Assembly (NCBI GenBank): GCA_021819085.1
Contig: JAKASJ010000003.1
Location: 35,272-99,271 of the forward strand
DNA: 64,000 bases
Source of the DNA: Pseudomonadota bacterium
Lineage (GTDB): Bacteria; Pseudomonadota; Gammaproteobacteria; Acidiferrobacterales; UBA6901
Reading direction: 5' to 3'
This document shows positions 1 to 8,339 of this stretch, one piece after another. The notes under the pieces were generated by a model. That model saw only the letters and a list, made by a program, of their open reading frames with translations, searched no databases and was not told where the DNA came from. The position numbers and the translations under genes are program-made. How positions within the stretch are numbered: the stretch's first letter is position 1; each line of letters begins with the position of its first letter.

Positions 1-6
1 AGCAGT

Positions 7-60
7 AAAAAACCGGCAGCGCCGCGCTTGAGTTATCGACATCCGCAGCGGGGCTGCCGG
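7..60 (-). terminator. Rho-independent terminator
   Basis: Stem CCGGCAGC(G)CCGC ... GCGG(G)GCTGCCGG at 13-60. The A-run at 7-12 on the + strand gives a T6 immediately after the hairpin on the minus strand. Confidence 0.6.
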
Positions 61-207
61 TTTGGTGCTGATGAAGCAGGGTCATGGTTCGCCATGGACG
101 TCTCCACTTCCCGGTAGGTAATTCTCCGTTTGCGAACCGTCCGAAACAGACGGTGGTCGCCGCGAAAGATTGGGGCGACCACCCGGACCATCCTGCCGAC
201 CGCTCAG

Positions 208-288
208 CTACTTCTTCTTCTTGGCGGTCTTCTTCTTGGCGGCTTTCTTCGTGCCTTTCTTCTTCGCAGCTTTCTTCTTTGTTGCCAT
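208..288 (-). CDS. Lysine-rich 26-aa micro-protein MATKKKAAKKKGTKKAAKKKTAKKKK, function unknown
   Basis: Minus strand reads AAGGAG-taaatc-ATG(288) with a 6-nt spacer, then 26 sense codons and TAG at 210-208. It is below the size cut-off of the ORF track. Confidence 0.45.
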   Translation of the reverse strand: MATKKKAAKKKGTKKAAKKKTAKKKK

Positions 289-324
289 GATTTACTCCTT
301 CAGTTTGTGTGGTTAGGGGACTAA

Positions 325-349
325 CAAGAAAAACGGGACCTTCGGTCCC
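325..349 (-). terminator. Intrinsic terminator (second of a tandem pair)
   Basis: Hairpin GGGACC-ttcg-GGTCCC at 35..49 of this 300-block. On the minus strand it is followed by GTTTTTCTTG. Confidence 0.6.
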
Positions 350-365
350 TTCTGGTGCTGCTCTG

Positions 366-394
366 CAAAAAAGAAAAGACAGCCCATGGCTGTC
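366..394 (-). terminator. Intrinsic terminator (first of a tandem pair, bidirectional look)
   Basis: Hairpin GACAGCC-cat-GGCTGTC at 378-394. The minus strand continues TTTTCTTTTTTG and the + strand continues TTTCT. Confidence 0.65.
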
Positions 395-780
395 TTTCTA
401 CAACTTCCGTCAGCGGGAAACTCATGTCAAATGAGGAATTGCGCGGCGCCGACAACCATCGGATGCCGGAAGAAATTATTGCATTTGAACTTCGCAATCG
501 ATCCAATGTGTCCTGTAACCCCGTCTGTGTCACACCTGCGCATCGTTCGATCCGATCGCCTTGTCCTGCAGAGAACCGTCCACCATCTTCATACCACTTT
601 GCAGCGACTGATGGATGATACGATCCTTTAAGTTCAGGTGTAGCACGATTTCACCACACGTCAAGCTCTACTTTAATGAGCGTTTGCAAAAATTGCAAAC
701 ACTTTTTGCCAAAAAAATTTCTGGTGACGATGTCGATAAGCAATCAATCATCATGTGCATTGCCGATTGATGTGCGTGAA

Positions 781-1446
781 TCACCCGCACTTCGAGTCGC
801 CGCAGTTCAGACAAGTCATGCAACCATCCATCTTGATCACTGCCTTGGTCGAACATTTCACGCAAAGCTGAGCTTCTGCGGGAAAGTCTCCGTGGTCGCC
901 GGAGTCCGCATTGCCGCAGCGCGCTTGATGGGCAGCCCGCTTTTCAGCGATAAATTTCTGTCTTTCCACATCTGGCTCTTCGGCGCGGATCATGCCGATC
1001 ATCTTCATGTGGCATTCAATGGCGTCCCCGATCTCCGCAACCAGCGATGGGGTGTATTTGCCCTTCTTGAAGTATCCGCCGCGCGGGTCGAACACGCTAC
1101 GCAGCTCTTCGACCAGGAATGTTGCATCTCCGCCCTTGCGAAATACGGCGGAGATGATGCGGGTTAGTGCCACGATCCACTGAAAATGATCCATGCTCTT
1201 CGAGTTTATGAAGATCTCGAAAGGACGGCGCTTCTCATGCGGCGTGCCCGGGTTCAGGATAATGTCATTGATGGTCACGTAAAGTGCATGTTCGGTAAGG
1301 GGGGTTTTGATCTTGTAGGTATTCCCCACCAGTGTTTCAGGACGTTCCAGCTTCTCATGCATGTGCACAACGTTGGTCTCGCCAGCGCCTGCCTCGTCCT
1401 TTACAACCTCGTATCCGGTGATTTTCTTGTCAATCTTGGTAGCCAT
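781..1446 (-). CDS. nrdJb: Class II (adenosylcobalamin-dependent) ribonucleotide reductase, C-terminal polypeptide NrdJb
   Basis: Starts at ATG 1446 (MATKIDKKITGYEVV...). Shows RNR class II C-terminal similarity and ends in a Cys-rich tail, CVKCSTKAVIKMDGCMTCLNCGDSKCG. The upstream part of the 277-aa ORF overlaps nrdJa and is not coding. Confidence 0.9.
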   Translation of the reverse strand: MATKIDKKITGYEVVKDEAGAGETNVVHMHEKLERPETLVGNTYKIKTPLTEHALYVTINDIILNPGTPHEKRRPFEIFINSKSMDHFQWIVALTRIISAVFRKGGDATFLVEELRSVFDPRGGYFKKGKYTPSLVAEIGDAIECHMKMIGMIRAEEPDVERQKFIAEKRAAHQARCGNADSGDHGDFPAEAQLCVKCSTKAVIKMDGCMTCLNCGDSKCG

Positions 1447-1513
1447 GTCGAAATCTCCTTGGAAGCCGGGCAGTCCGGCCCCGAAACAAAGGGCCGGGCT
1501 TGCCGACCGGCGG

Positions 1514-4500
1514 TCAGAACTTCCCGTAATAGCCCTCCTTGAGGGCGTCATAGAGGTTCGCAGCCGTGTGAATCTCGCCGTCGTACTCGATCTCCTCGTT
1601 GCCCTTCGCTTCAATGACCTCTCCGCCTTCTAGCTGGAAGCGGTAGGTTGTTTTCTCCAGGTCTTTTTCCTTGACCAATACCCCCTGGAATGCCTGCGGA
1701 TTGAAGCGGAAGGTAGTGCATCCCTTGAGACCCTGCTCGTAGGCGTACATGTAGATGTCCTTGAACTCCTCATATGGAAAATCGGTAGGCACATTGGCGG
1801 TCTTGGAGATAGAAGAATCCACCCATTTCTGGGCTGCCGCCTGTACATCCACATGCTGCCGCGGAGAGATGTTGTCAGCGCTGACGAAGTAATCCGGCAG
1901 CCGTGTTTCCGGGTCCTGCGAGTTGGGGTCGGCTTTCGGGTTCACCAGGGTGCGGTAGGCCAGCAGTTCGTAGGAGTATACGTCGATTTTCTCCTTGGTT
2001 TTACGCCCCTCGCGGATGACGTTGCGGCTGTACTGATGGGCAAACGATGGCTCGATGCCGTTGCTGGCGTTATTGGCCAAGGACAGCGATATGGTCCCGG
2101 TCGGAGCGATGGACGTATGGTGGGTGAAACGCACGCCGGTTTCGGCGATGCGATCGGTCAGCGCTTTGCTGAACTTCTGCATGTAGCGGCTGTACTTCGC
2201 AAGAAGCACCTTTCCGGGCACCTTGTCACCGATCTTGTATCCGTCGCGTTTCATCTCCGGGCGCTTGTCCAGCATCTCCGCGGTGACGGCAAAGTCCTCG
2301 ATAAGAATGGGTGCTGGACCCTTTTCTTCCGCTAGGGCGATGCCGGTTTCCCAGCCGACTTCGGCCATTTCCCGAGCAACCCGCTCCGTGAATGCAAGTG
2401 ATTCGGGATCGCCATACGTCATCCTAAGCATCGTCATGGCTGAGCCCAGCCCCAGAAAACCCATACCATGACGGCGCTTGCGGGTAATTTCTTCGCGCTG
2501 TTTCGCCAGAGGCAGGCCGTTGATTTCCACGACGTTATCCAGCATGCGTGTGAAGATCATCACTACCCGGCGGTAGCGGTCCCAGTCGAAACGTGCCTCC
2601 GCGGTAAACGGGCTTTCGATGAACTTCGTAAGATTCACGGACCCCAGAAGGCATGAGCCGTAGGGCGGTAGTGGCTGCTCTCCGCAGGGGTTGGTCGCCC
2701 GGATATTTTCGCAGAACCAGTTGTTGTTCATCTCGTTGATCCGGTCAATCAGGATGAAGCCTGGTTCGGCATAATCGTAGGTCGACGCCATGATCAGGTC
2801 CCAGAGGCGGCGTGCAGGCAGGGTCTTATAGATCTTGCAGGCGACCTGCCCCAGATCGTTGGTAACATAGCCCTGGGTTGTCGGCCAGGGTCGCCAGACA
2901 ATGCGTGTCGTGGCCTGGTCGCACTCAAGCTGATTGGCCGGAAACGCAAGATCCCAGGTAGCGTCATCCTTGACCGCCTGCATGAACTCGTCGGTGATAA
3001 GACACGAAAGGTTGAACTGGCGAAGACGCCCGTCTTCGCGCTTGGCGCGGATGAAGGCTGCAACGTCCGGGTGCGAAATATCGAATGTGCCCATTTGCGC
3101 GCCACGGCGTCCGCCGGCAGAGGAGACCGTGAAGCACATGGCGTTGAAAATATCCATGAAAGACAGCGGACCGGAGGTATGGGCACCGGCTCCGTTCACA
3201 AACGCCCCTTTGGGGCGAAGGGTGGAAAACTCGTAGCCGATGCCGCAGTTGTGGATGACCATCAGTCCGTTTTCGCCCGCCAGATAGTTGTGGTGCTTTT
3301 CGACAGTGAAGTCGTAGAAGGTTTCAGCGATATTCAGGTTGCGGCGCACTGCCTCGACAGGGCGCAAGGTGCGGACAAAATCGATGAGCGGACGAAGCCT
3401 TGGGAAACGCGCACTCCAGCGATCAAGCCAGATGCGGCTTACTGTCCGCTTACGATGGTAACCATGGTAGAAACCGAGTGCTTGCCGCTCTTCATGGTTG
3501 AGCGGGCCGATTTCGGCGCTGAGTGCCTCCATAAGCTGGCTGGGCATGTGGTAGCGATCGTGTTGCCCTGCCTCCCGGCTGGAAAGTTCGCCGATTTGCC
3601 GCCGCTTGCCGCTGTGTGCCATGTATCCGGCTACCTTGGTAAGGAACGTTGAATCGATGATCCTCAGCATGGACCCGACGGTGTTGCAGCTGGCATGGGC
3701 TCGGCAATCCTGCTCGCGCGACTCACGGACGACGATCGCACCGTGCACTCCGAACAGGCCGAGCAATCCTTTGATCTGCTCGGCGAATTCCTGATTGTGC
3801 ATCGAAATGGTTACGCCGTGCCCGGGATTCACCGTCCCGTCGGCGTCGATCAGCCCTGCAAGAAACGGGAGGAAATACCTGTCCGGGTGAGCCGCCACCC
3901 AGGTGGGAACTCGAAGATCGACGCTTTCCCCCCCGATCGGCCCATCGATCAGTTCGGACATCCGGCTGGTCTCCAAGCCGGTGACCGTGAAATCCCAAAC
4001 GGGCGTGCCATGCTCTGTGGCGGTGGCTACGAACTGCGTCTTGAAGCCGCAGAAAGCATGGAAGAATGCGGCGCAGCGTTCGGCCACCTCACGCTCCGCG
4101 GCACGGACCCTGAAGACAATCCGGCGGCCAGCCGCATGGACCGCTTCGACCCATGTCGCATGATTATTCCCGCGTTCGAACCGTTTCCCATGGGCGCCGC
4201 CGTCTCCGAGACAGGTACCGGCGAACCAGGCACGCAGCGCCTGGTTCTCATCGGCCAGCCAGGCGAAGGTATGGTGAACCATGGCATCGCTCGCGCAGAC
4301 TTCATCGGCGCGCACGTAGATGAGCTGGTCGTCGCGGTAGACCAGAACCGGGTGCCTGATGGAGGTTTTCAGGGCTGTGCCACCAGAGCGAATTTCTATA
4401 TTTTCATTGCGCGGCACATGCGTCGTCATGTGGCGGTCAATGCGACGCATTTCGAAGGATCCCGTCTCGCGGTCGTAGCAGAGCATGCGTTCATGGCGCT

Positions 4501-4960
4501 CGGTGACCGCCCGTTCTGCCGTGACCACGCCGTACTCTGTTACCACCTTGGTCTCCGGCGCGACACAGCCCGCCTTCAGGGTCAGACCGGCTTCATGCAC
4601 GGCACTCAGAATCCCGTCCATCGAGTCGCACACAATACCGGAAACGGTGCAGTTGATGGTGCTGGTGGCGGGCTTGTGATCCAGGGCTCCGGCATTGGAC
4701 GTGATGCGACCGGCCGGGATCGCGCCATTTAGCAGCGCCCAAAGAAACTGGTCGAACCATTCCGTGCGTTTCTCCGGCGTATCCTCGACGTCAGCGAGCG
4801 CCCGCGCTATGCGGGTGAAGGTTCCAAGCGTATCCTGGTCGACAGGCTCGCCCGCCTTCGTTTTGAGCCGATACTTCTTGTCCCAAATGTCATAGGAAGC
4901 CGGCTGGAGGGGAATGTCGTAGGGGTCAGCCTGTTGAGCTTGTATTTTCGCCGCCTTCAT
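1514..4960 (-). CDS. nrdJa: Class II ribonucleotide reductase large polypeptide NrdJa, interrupted by an intein
   Basis: ATG at 4960 is preceded by GGAGG (4971-4975 on the + strand). Class II RNR motifs present: TINCTVSG, CGIGYEFSTLRPKG, SSAGGRRGAQMGT, NPCGEQPLPPYGSC. It stops 67 nt before nrdJb. Confidence 0.93.
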   Translation of the reverse strand: MKAAKIQAQQADPYDIPLQPASYDIWDKKYRLKTKAGEPVDQDTLGTFTRIARALADVEDTPEKRTEWFDQFLWALLNGAIPAGRITSNAGALDHKPATSTINCTVSGIVCDSMDGILSAVHEAGLTLKAGCVAPETKVVTEYGVVTAERAVTERHERMLCYDRETGSFEMRRIDRHMTTHVPRNENIEIRSGGTALKTSIRHPVLVYRDDQLIYVRADEVCASDAMVHHTFAWLADENQALRAWFAGTCLGDGGAHGKRFERGNNHATWVEAVHAAGRRIVFRVRAAEREVAERCAAFFHAFCGFKTQFVATATEHGTPVWDFTVTGLETSRMSELIDGPIGGESVDLRVPTWVAAHPDRYFLPFLAGLIDADGTVNPGHGVTISMHNQEFAEQIKGLLGLFGVHGAIVVRESREQDCRAHASCNTVGSMLRIIDSTFLTKVAGYMAHSGKRRQIGELSSREAGQHDRYHMPSQLMEALSAEIGPLNHEERQALGFYHGYHRKRTVSRIWLDRWSARFPRLRPLIDFVRTLRPVEAVRRNLNIAETFYDFTVEKHHNYLAGENGLMVIHNCGIGYEFSTLRPKGAFVNGAGAHTSGPLSFMDIFNAMCFTVSSAGGRRGAQMGTFDISHPDVAAFIRAKREDGRLRQFNLSCLITDEFMQAVKDDATWDLAFPANQLECDQATTRIVWRPWPTTQGYVTNDLGQVACKIYKTLPARRLWDLIMASTYDYAEPGFILIDRINEMNNNWFCENIRATNPCGEQPLPPYGSCLLGSVNLTKFIESPFTAEARFDWDRYRRVVMIFTRMLDNVVEINGLPLAKQREEITRKRRHGMGFLGLGSAMTMLRMTYGDPESLAFTERVAREMAEVGWETGIALAEEKGPAPILIEDFAVTAEMLDKRPEMKRDGYKIGDKVPGKVLLAKYSRYMQKFSKALTDRIAETGVRFTHHTSIAPTGTISLSLANNASNGIEPSFAHQYSRNVIREGRKTKEKIDVYSYELLAYRTLVNPKADPNSQDPETRLPDYFVSADNISPRQHVDVQAAAQKWVDSSISKTANVPTDFPYEEFKDIYMYAYEQGLKGCTTFRFNPQAFQGVLVKEKDLEKTTYRFQLEGGEVIEAKGNEEIEYDGEIHTAANLYDALKEGYYGKF
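3248..4567 (-). mobile_element. Intein (440 aa) with a LAGLIDADG homing-endonuclease domain inside nrdJa
   Basis: Junctions are LKAG|CVAPETKV and GLMVIHN|CGIGYEF (Cys1, terminal His-Asn, Cys+1). Internal motifs are FAGTCLGDGG and FLAGLIDADGTV. Excision restores the contiguous RNR motif. Confidence 0.85.
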
Positions 4961-5023
4961 TGGGTAGATACCTCCTTCACGCTTGCTGGCAGAAACACGC
5001 TTATTATTAGTGTCGAGCACACA

Positions 5024-5039
5024 ATACAATATATTGTGT
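5024..5039 (-). promoter_or_regulatory. NrdR box upstream of nrdJa
   Basis: ATACAATATATTGTGT matches the NrdR consensus acaCwAtATaTwGtgt at 15 of 16 positions. It sits just downstream of the putative -10. A degenerate second box, ACACgcttattattaGTGT, lies at 4995-5013. Confidence 0.6.
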
Positions 5040-5048
5040 TAGATCGCG

Positions 5049-5078
5049 AATGTAGACCCATCAGTTTGTGCATGTCAA
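5049..5078 (-). promoter_or_regulatory. Putative sigma70 promoter of nrdJab
   Basis: Minus strand has TTGACA (5078-5073), an 18-nt spacer and TACATT (5054-5049), about 90 nt upstream of the nrdJa ATG. Confidence 0.45.
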
Positions 5079-5193
5079 GAATTCTTATCCCCATATTCAT
5101 CAATGTTAGTCATCGCTATCGATTCCGGACCACATCCCGTTCGCCTCTATAAATGTTTGCGTCTATATATAAGAAGGACCAGGAATCAGGATA

Positions 5194-5226
5194 GGGGGTC
5201 TTGAGCCGCAACTGGATCTGACCCCC
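5194..5226 (-). terminator. GC hairpin downstream of polX (weak terminator)
   Basis: GGGGGTC ... GACCCCC stem 15-47 nt after the polX stop. No clear U-tract. Confidence 0.35.
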
Positions 5227-5240
5227 TTTGGGGGGCCGCC

Positions 5241-6965
5241 CTAATCCTGGCGTTTCAAAAGGGCGCGGAGCGCGTGCAGTTTCCGTGTATTCAGGATGTC
5301 GGTCTTTTCCAGCCAACCGCGCCGGGCCTGTCCCACACCGTAGACGAGGTTGTCGAAGTCACGCACCGAATGTGCATCTGAGTTGACCGCGACCAAAACT
5401 CCCTCTTCACGTGCCATCTGGCACTGGGTGTCGAGCAGGTCAAGCCGCTCAGGGTGGGCATTGAGCTCGAGAAAACAGCCGTGGCTAGGCGCTGTACTAA
5501 GAATCTTGAGCATGTCCACGTCGTAGGGTTCGCGGCTGCCAAGCAGGCGTCCGCTAGGGTGGGCGAGCACATTCAAATAGGGATTTTCCATAGCCTTTAC
5601 GATGCGGTCGGTCTGTCTTGCCCGTGACAGATGGAACTGGCCATGCACCGCACCGATGACGAGATCAAGTTGAGCAAGTACCGGATCCGGCAGATCGAGC
5701 GATCCGTCCTCCAGGATATCCACCTCGATGCCCTTCAGCAGAGTGATGCCCGGAAGTTCGGCGTTGAGCCCGTCAATCTCGTCGCATTGCCTGAGCAGAT
5801 GGGCTGCGTCGAGCCCACGGGCGACCGTGAGATGCCGCGAATGTTCGGTGATGGCGAGGTATTCAAGTCCCCAGGTCTTGGCTGCCACGGCCATCTCCCT
5901 GAGGGAGTTGCGTCCGTCTGTGGCGCTGGTGTGGGCGTGCAGGTCCCCTCTTAGGTCGCGGGCTTCCACCAGCATCGGCAGCTTGCCGCGGGACGCTGCC
6001 TCGATCTCGCCGCGATCTTCACGCAGCTCCGGCGGGATGAGCGGCAGTCCTACGCTCCGATATACCGATTCCTCTGTGTCTCCGGCGATCCGGGCAGCAC
6101 CTCTGAAAACTCCGTACTCGTTGATTTTCAGGCCCCGTTCCTGGCCTAGCCGGCGAATCGCTATGTTGTGTGCCTTGGATCCAGTGAAATAGTGCAGGGC
6201 GGCCCCGAAAGATTCCGGCGCGACAACGCGCAGGTCGACCTGGATGCCCGATTTGAGAACTACCGTCGACCGGGTCCTGCCTTTTGAAAGCACCTCGCGC
6301 ACCTCGTCATAGCTCGCGAAGCGGGCGATGACGGCCGCAGGATTGCCGGTGGTGACCAGGATGTCGAGGTCGCCCACTGTTTCCTTCATGCGCCGGAAAC
6401 TGCCTGTTACCACGACATTCTCGACCCCCGGGGTTTTGCGGAGGTAGCGTGTCAGGGCGCTGGCGTACTGAGCCGCCACCGCAAGCTTAAAACGTACTGC
6501 CGTGTCACGATGTGCGGCGATGGTTTCCAGAATTCGCTGCTCGGTCTTCGGACCGAATCCCGGAAGCTCACCGAGGCGCCGGTCCCGTGCCGCCCGGTCC
6601 AGCTGTTCGACAGTCTGGATGCCCAGGTCGTGCCACAGCGCACTGACGCGCTTGGGCCCGAGGCCGGGCAGACGCATCAGCTGGGTGACGGAGACCGGGA
6701 CCTGCTTGCGCAGCCTTTTGAGCACAGCACAGCTGCCGGTGTCCAGGATTTCCCGGATCTTGGCGGCAAGATCCCGGCCGATTCCCGGCAGTTCGGTGAG
6801 ATCCATTCCCTCATTCGCCAGTTCGCTGGTTTCCTTGCCGAGCTCTCCCACGACGCGTGCAGCATTTCGGTACGCGCGTATGCGAAACGGATTCTCTCCC
6901 TGGATCTCCAGGATGTCGGCGATCTCATTGAACACCGCAGCGATGTCGGCGTTATGCACAGGCAT
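5241..6965 (-). CDS. polX: Family X DNA polymerase with C-terminal PHP domain (PolX)
   Basis: 574 aa. The N-terminus, MPVHNADIAAVFNEIADILEIQGENPFRIRAYRNAARV, has HhH motifs. A Pol-beta-like core (GSFRRMKETVGDLDIL) is followed by a PHP domain (DLHAHTSATDG ... ITEHS). Confidence 0.9.
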   Translation of the reverse strand: MPVHNADIAAVFNEIADILEIQGENPFRIRAYRNAARVVGELGKETSELANEGMDLTELPGIGRDLAAKIREILDTGSCAVLKRLRKQVPVSVTQLMRLPGLGPKRVSALWHDLGIQTVEQLDRAARDRRLGELPGFGPKTEQRILETIAAHRDTAVRFKLAVAAQYASALTRYLRKTPGVENVVVTGSFRRMKETVGDLDILVTTGNPAAVIARFASYDEVREVLSKGRTRSTVVLKSGIQVDLRVVAPESFGAALHYFTGSKAHNIAIRRLGQERGLKINEYGVFRGAARIAGDTEESVYRSVGLPLIPPELREDRGEIEAASRGKLPMLVEARDLRGDLHAHTSATDGRNSLREMAVAAKTWGLEYLAITEHSRHLTVARGLDAAHLLRQCDEIDGLNAELPGITLLKGIEVDILEDGSLDLPDPVLAQLDLVIGAVHGQFHLSRARQTDRIVKAMENPYLNVLAHPSGRLLGSREPYDVDMLKILSTAPSHGCFLELNAHPERLDLLDTQCQMAREEGVLVAVNSDAHSVRDFDNLVYGVGQARRGWLEKTDILNTRKLHALRALLKRQD

Positions 6966-6989
6966 GGGATCCAGTGCTCCCCGGTTCAG

Positions 6990-8339
6990 TCAGATCGGAC
7001 GAGCGTCGAGCATGTACGCAAGTTCGCGCAGCGCCGAGGAGATCGTGACCGGGTATTGCCCACTTCCCGTGATCTTCTGAAGCTCGGGTGGCAAGCGTGC
7101 CAGTTCGGCAGCCGCGTGTTCACGCACAGCCTCCAGTGTCGCGGGTGGCGCAATGCGCCGACCGGCGCGCATGACCGGTTCCAGCAGCGTTATGCCTTCG
7201 CCGCCCTGGCCCTCCAGGCCTAGCACATCCCCTCGCATGATTCCTTCGCCGTCGAATCTGCGATGCACCTGCTTCGTTCCGGGCCAGGTCGCCTTGCCTT
7301 CCGAGCGCTTGCGCCGTGGTCGACTGGCATACTCCTGAAGCTTGTAGGCGCAATCGAGAAAAGGGGCGTCGGACGAGGTATCCATGCGGGTGCCGACACC
7401 GAAGCCATCAATTGGCGCCTCCTCCGCCAGCAGCCGGGCCAGGCTGAATTCGTCGAGGTTGCCACTGGCAAATATCGTTGTGTGCCGCAGACCGCCATCA
7501 TCCAGAATGCGACGGACCTTGCGTGCATGCGCTCCCAGATCGCCGCTGTCCAGACGTACGCCCTTGATGGTAATGCCTGCAGCCGCCAGACGTGGGGCGA
7601 GCTGTACCACCTTGGCTGCTGCGGCTTCGGTGTCATAGGTATCAATGAGCAGGACGACATTTTCGGGAAGTGAGCGTGCAAAGCGTTCGAATGCGTCGAT
7701 CTCAACCTCGTTTGCCTCGATGAACGAATGCGCCATGGTACCGAACAATGGAATGCCGAAGCGCGGCGCCGCAAGTACGGTCGCAGTCCCGGCGAAACCC
7801 GCCAGGTAACTTGCGCGCGCCGCAAGCAGACCGGCCTCGGCGCCATGCGCCCGGCGCAGCCCGAAATCCACCAGAAGCTTGCCAGGTGCCGCAAGCACGC
7901 AACGTATCGCCTTGGAGGCGATCATTGTCTGGAAATGCAGCAAGTTGATAACGCGGCTTTCGACAAGCTGTGCCTCGGGCAGTGGTGCTGTGACGCGCAG
8001 AATCGGCTCGTCCGCGAAAAACACCGTACCTTCGGCCATGGCATGAACGTCGCCGGTGAATCGCAGCTTGCCGAGATAGTCGACGAACTCCGGCCGGAAT
8101 GAGCCCTGGCGGCCTATCCAGTCCAGCTCCTGTGCTCCAAATTCCAGGTCCTCCAGGAACCCGATAACTTGCTCCAGACCGGCTGCAACGAGGAATCGGC
8201 GTTGCGCGGGGAGCGTACGCACGAAAAACTCGAACACCGCGGTATCCCGCATGTCGTGATCGAAATACGCCTGCAGCATGGTCAATTGGTAGAGATCTGT
8301 AACCAGAGGGGTCGATTCGATATCGCGAAGGTCCGTCAT
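6990..8339 (-). CDS. pncB: Nicotinate phosphoribosyltransferase
   Basis: Starts at ATG 8339 (MTDLRDIESTPLVTDLYQLTMLQAYF...) with an NAPRTase-family fold. ATGA overlap with the pncA stop. The 55-codon upstream extension of the ORF is rejected. Confidence 0.85.
   Translation of the reverse strand: MTDLRDIESTPLVTDLYQLTMLQAYFDHDMRDTAVFEFFVRTLPAQRRFLVAAGLEQVIGFLEDLEFGAQELDWIGRQGSFRPEFVDYLGKLRFTGDVHAMAEGTVFFADEPILRVTAPLPEAQLVESRVINLLHFQTMIASKAIRCVLAAPGKLLVDFGLRRAHGAEAGLLAARASYLAGFAGTATVLAAPRFGIPLFGTMAHSFIEANEVEIDAFERFARSLPENVVLLIDTYDTEAAAAKVVQLAPRLAAAGITIKGVRLDSGDLGAHARKVRRILDDGGLRHTTIFASGNLDEFSLARLLAEEAPIDGFGVGTRMDTSSDAPFLDCAYKLQEYASRPRRKRSEGKATWPGTKQVHRRFDGEGIMRGDVLGLEGQGGEGITLLEPVMRAGRRIAPPATLEAVREHAAAELARLPPELQKITGSGQYPVTISSALRELAYMLDARPI

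Noticed and set aside
4961-5029. 23-codon N-terminal extension of the 1171-aa nrdJa ORF, starting at TTG 5029
   Set aside because: The TTG lies inside the NrdR box and promoter region. ATG 4960 has a GGAGG SD at ideal distance, and the class II RNR similarity begins there.
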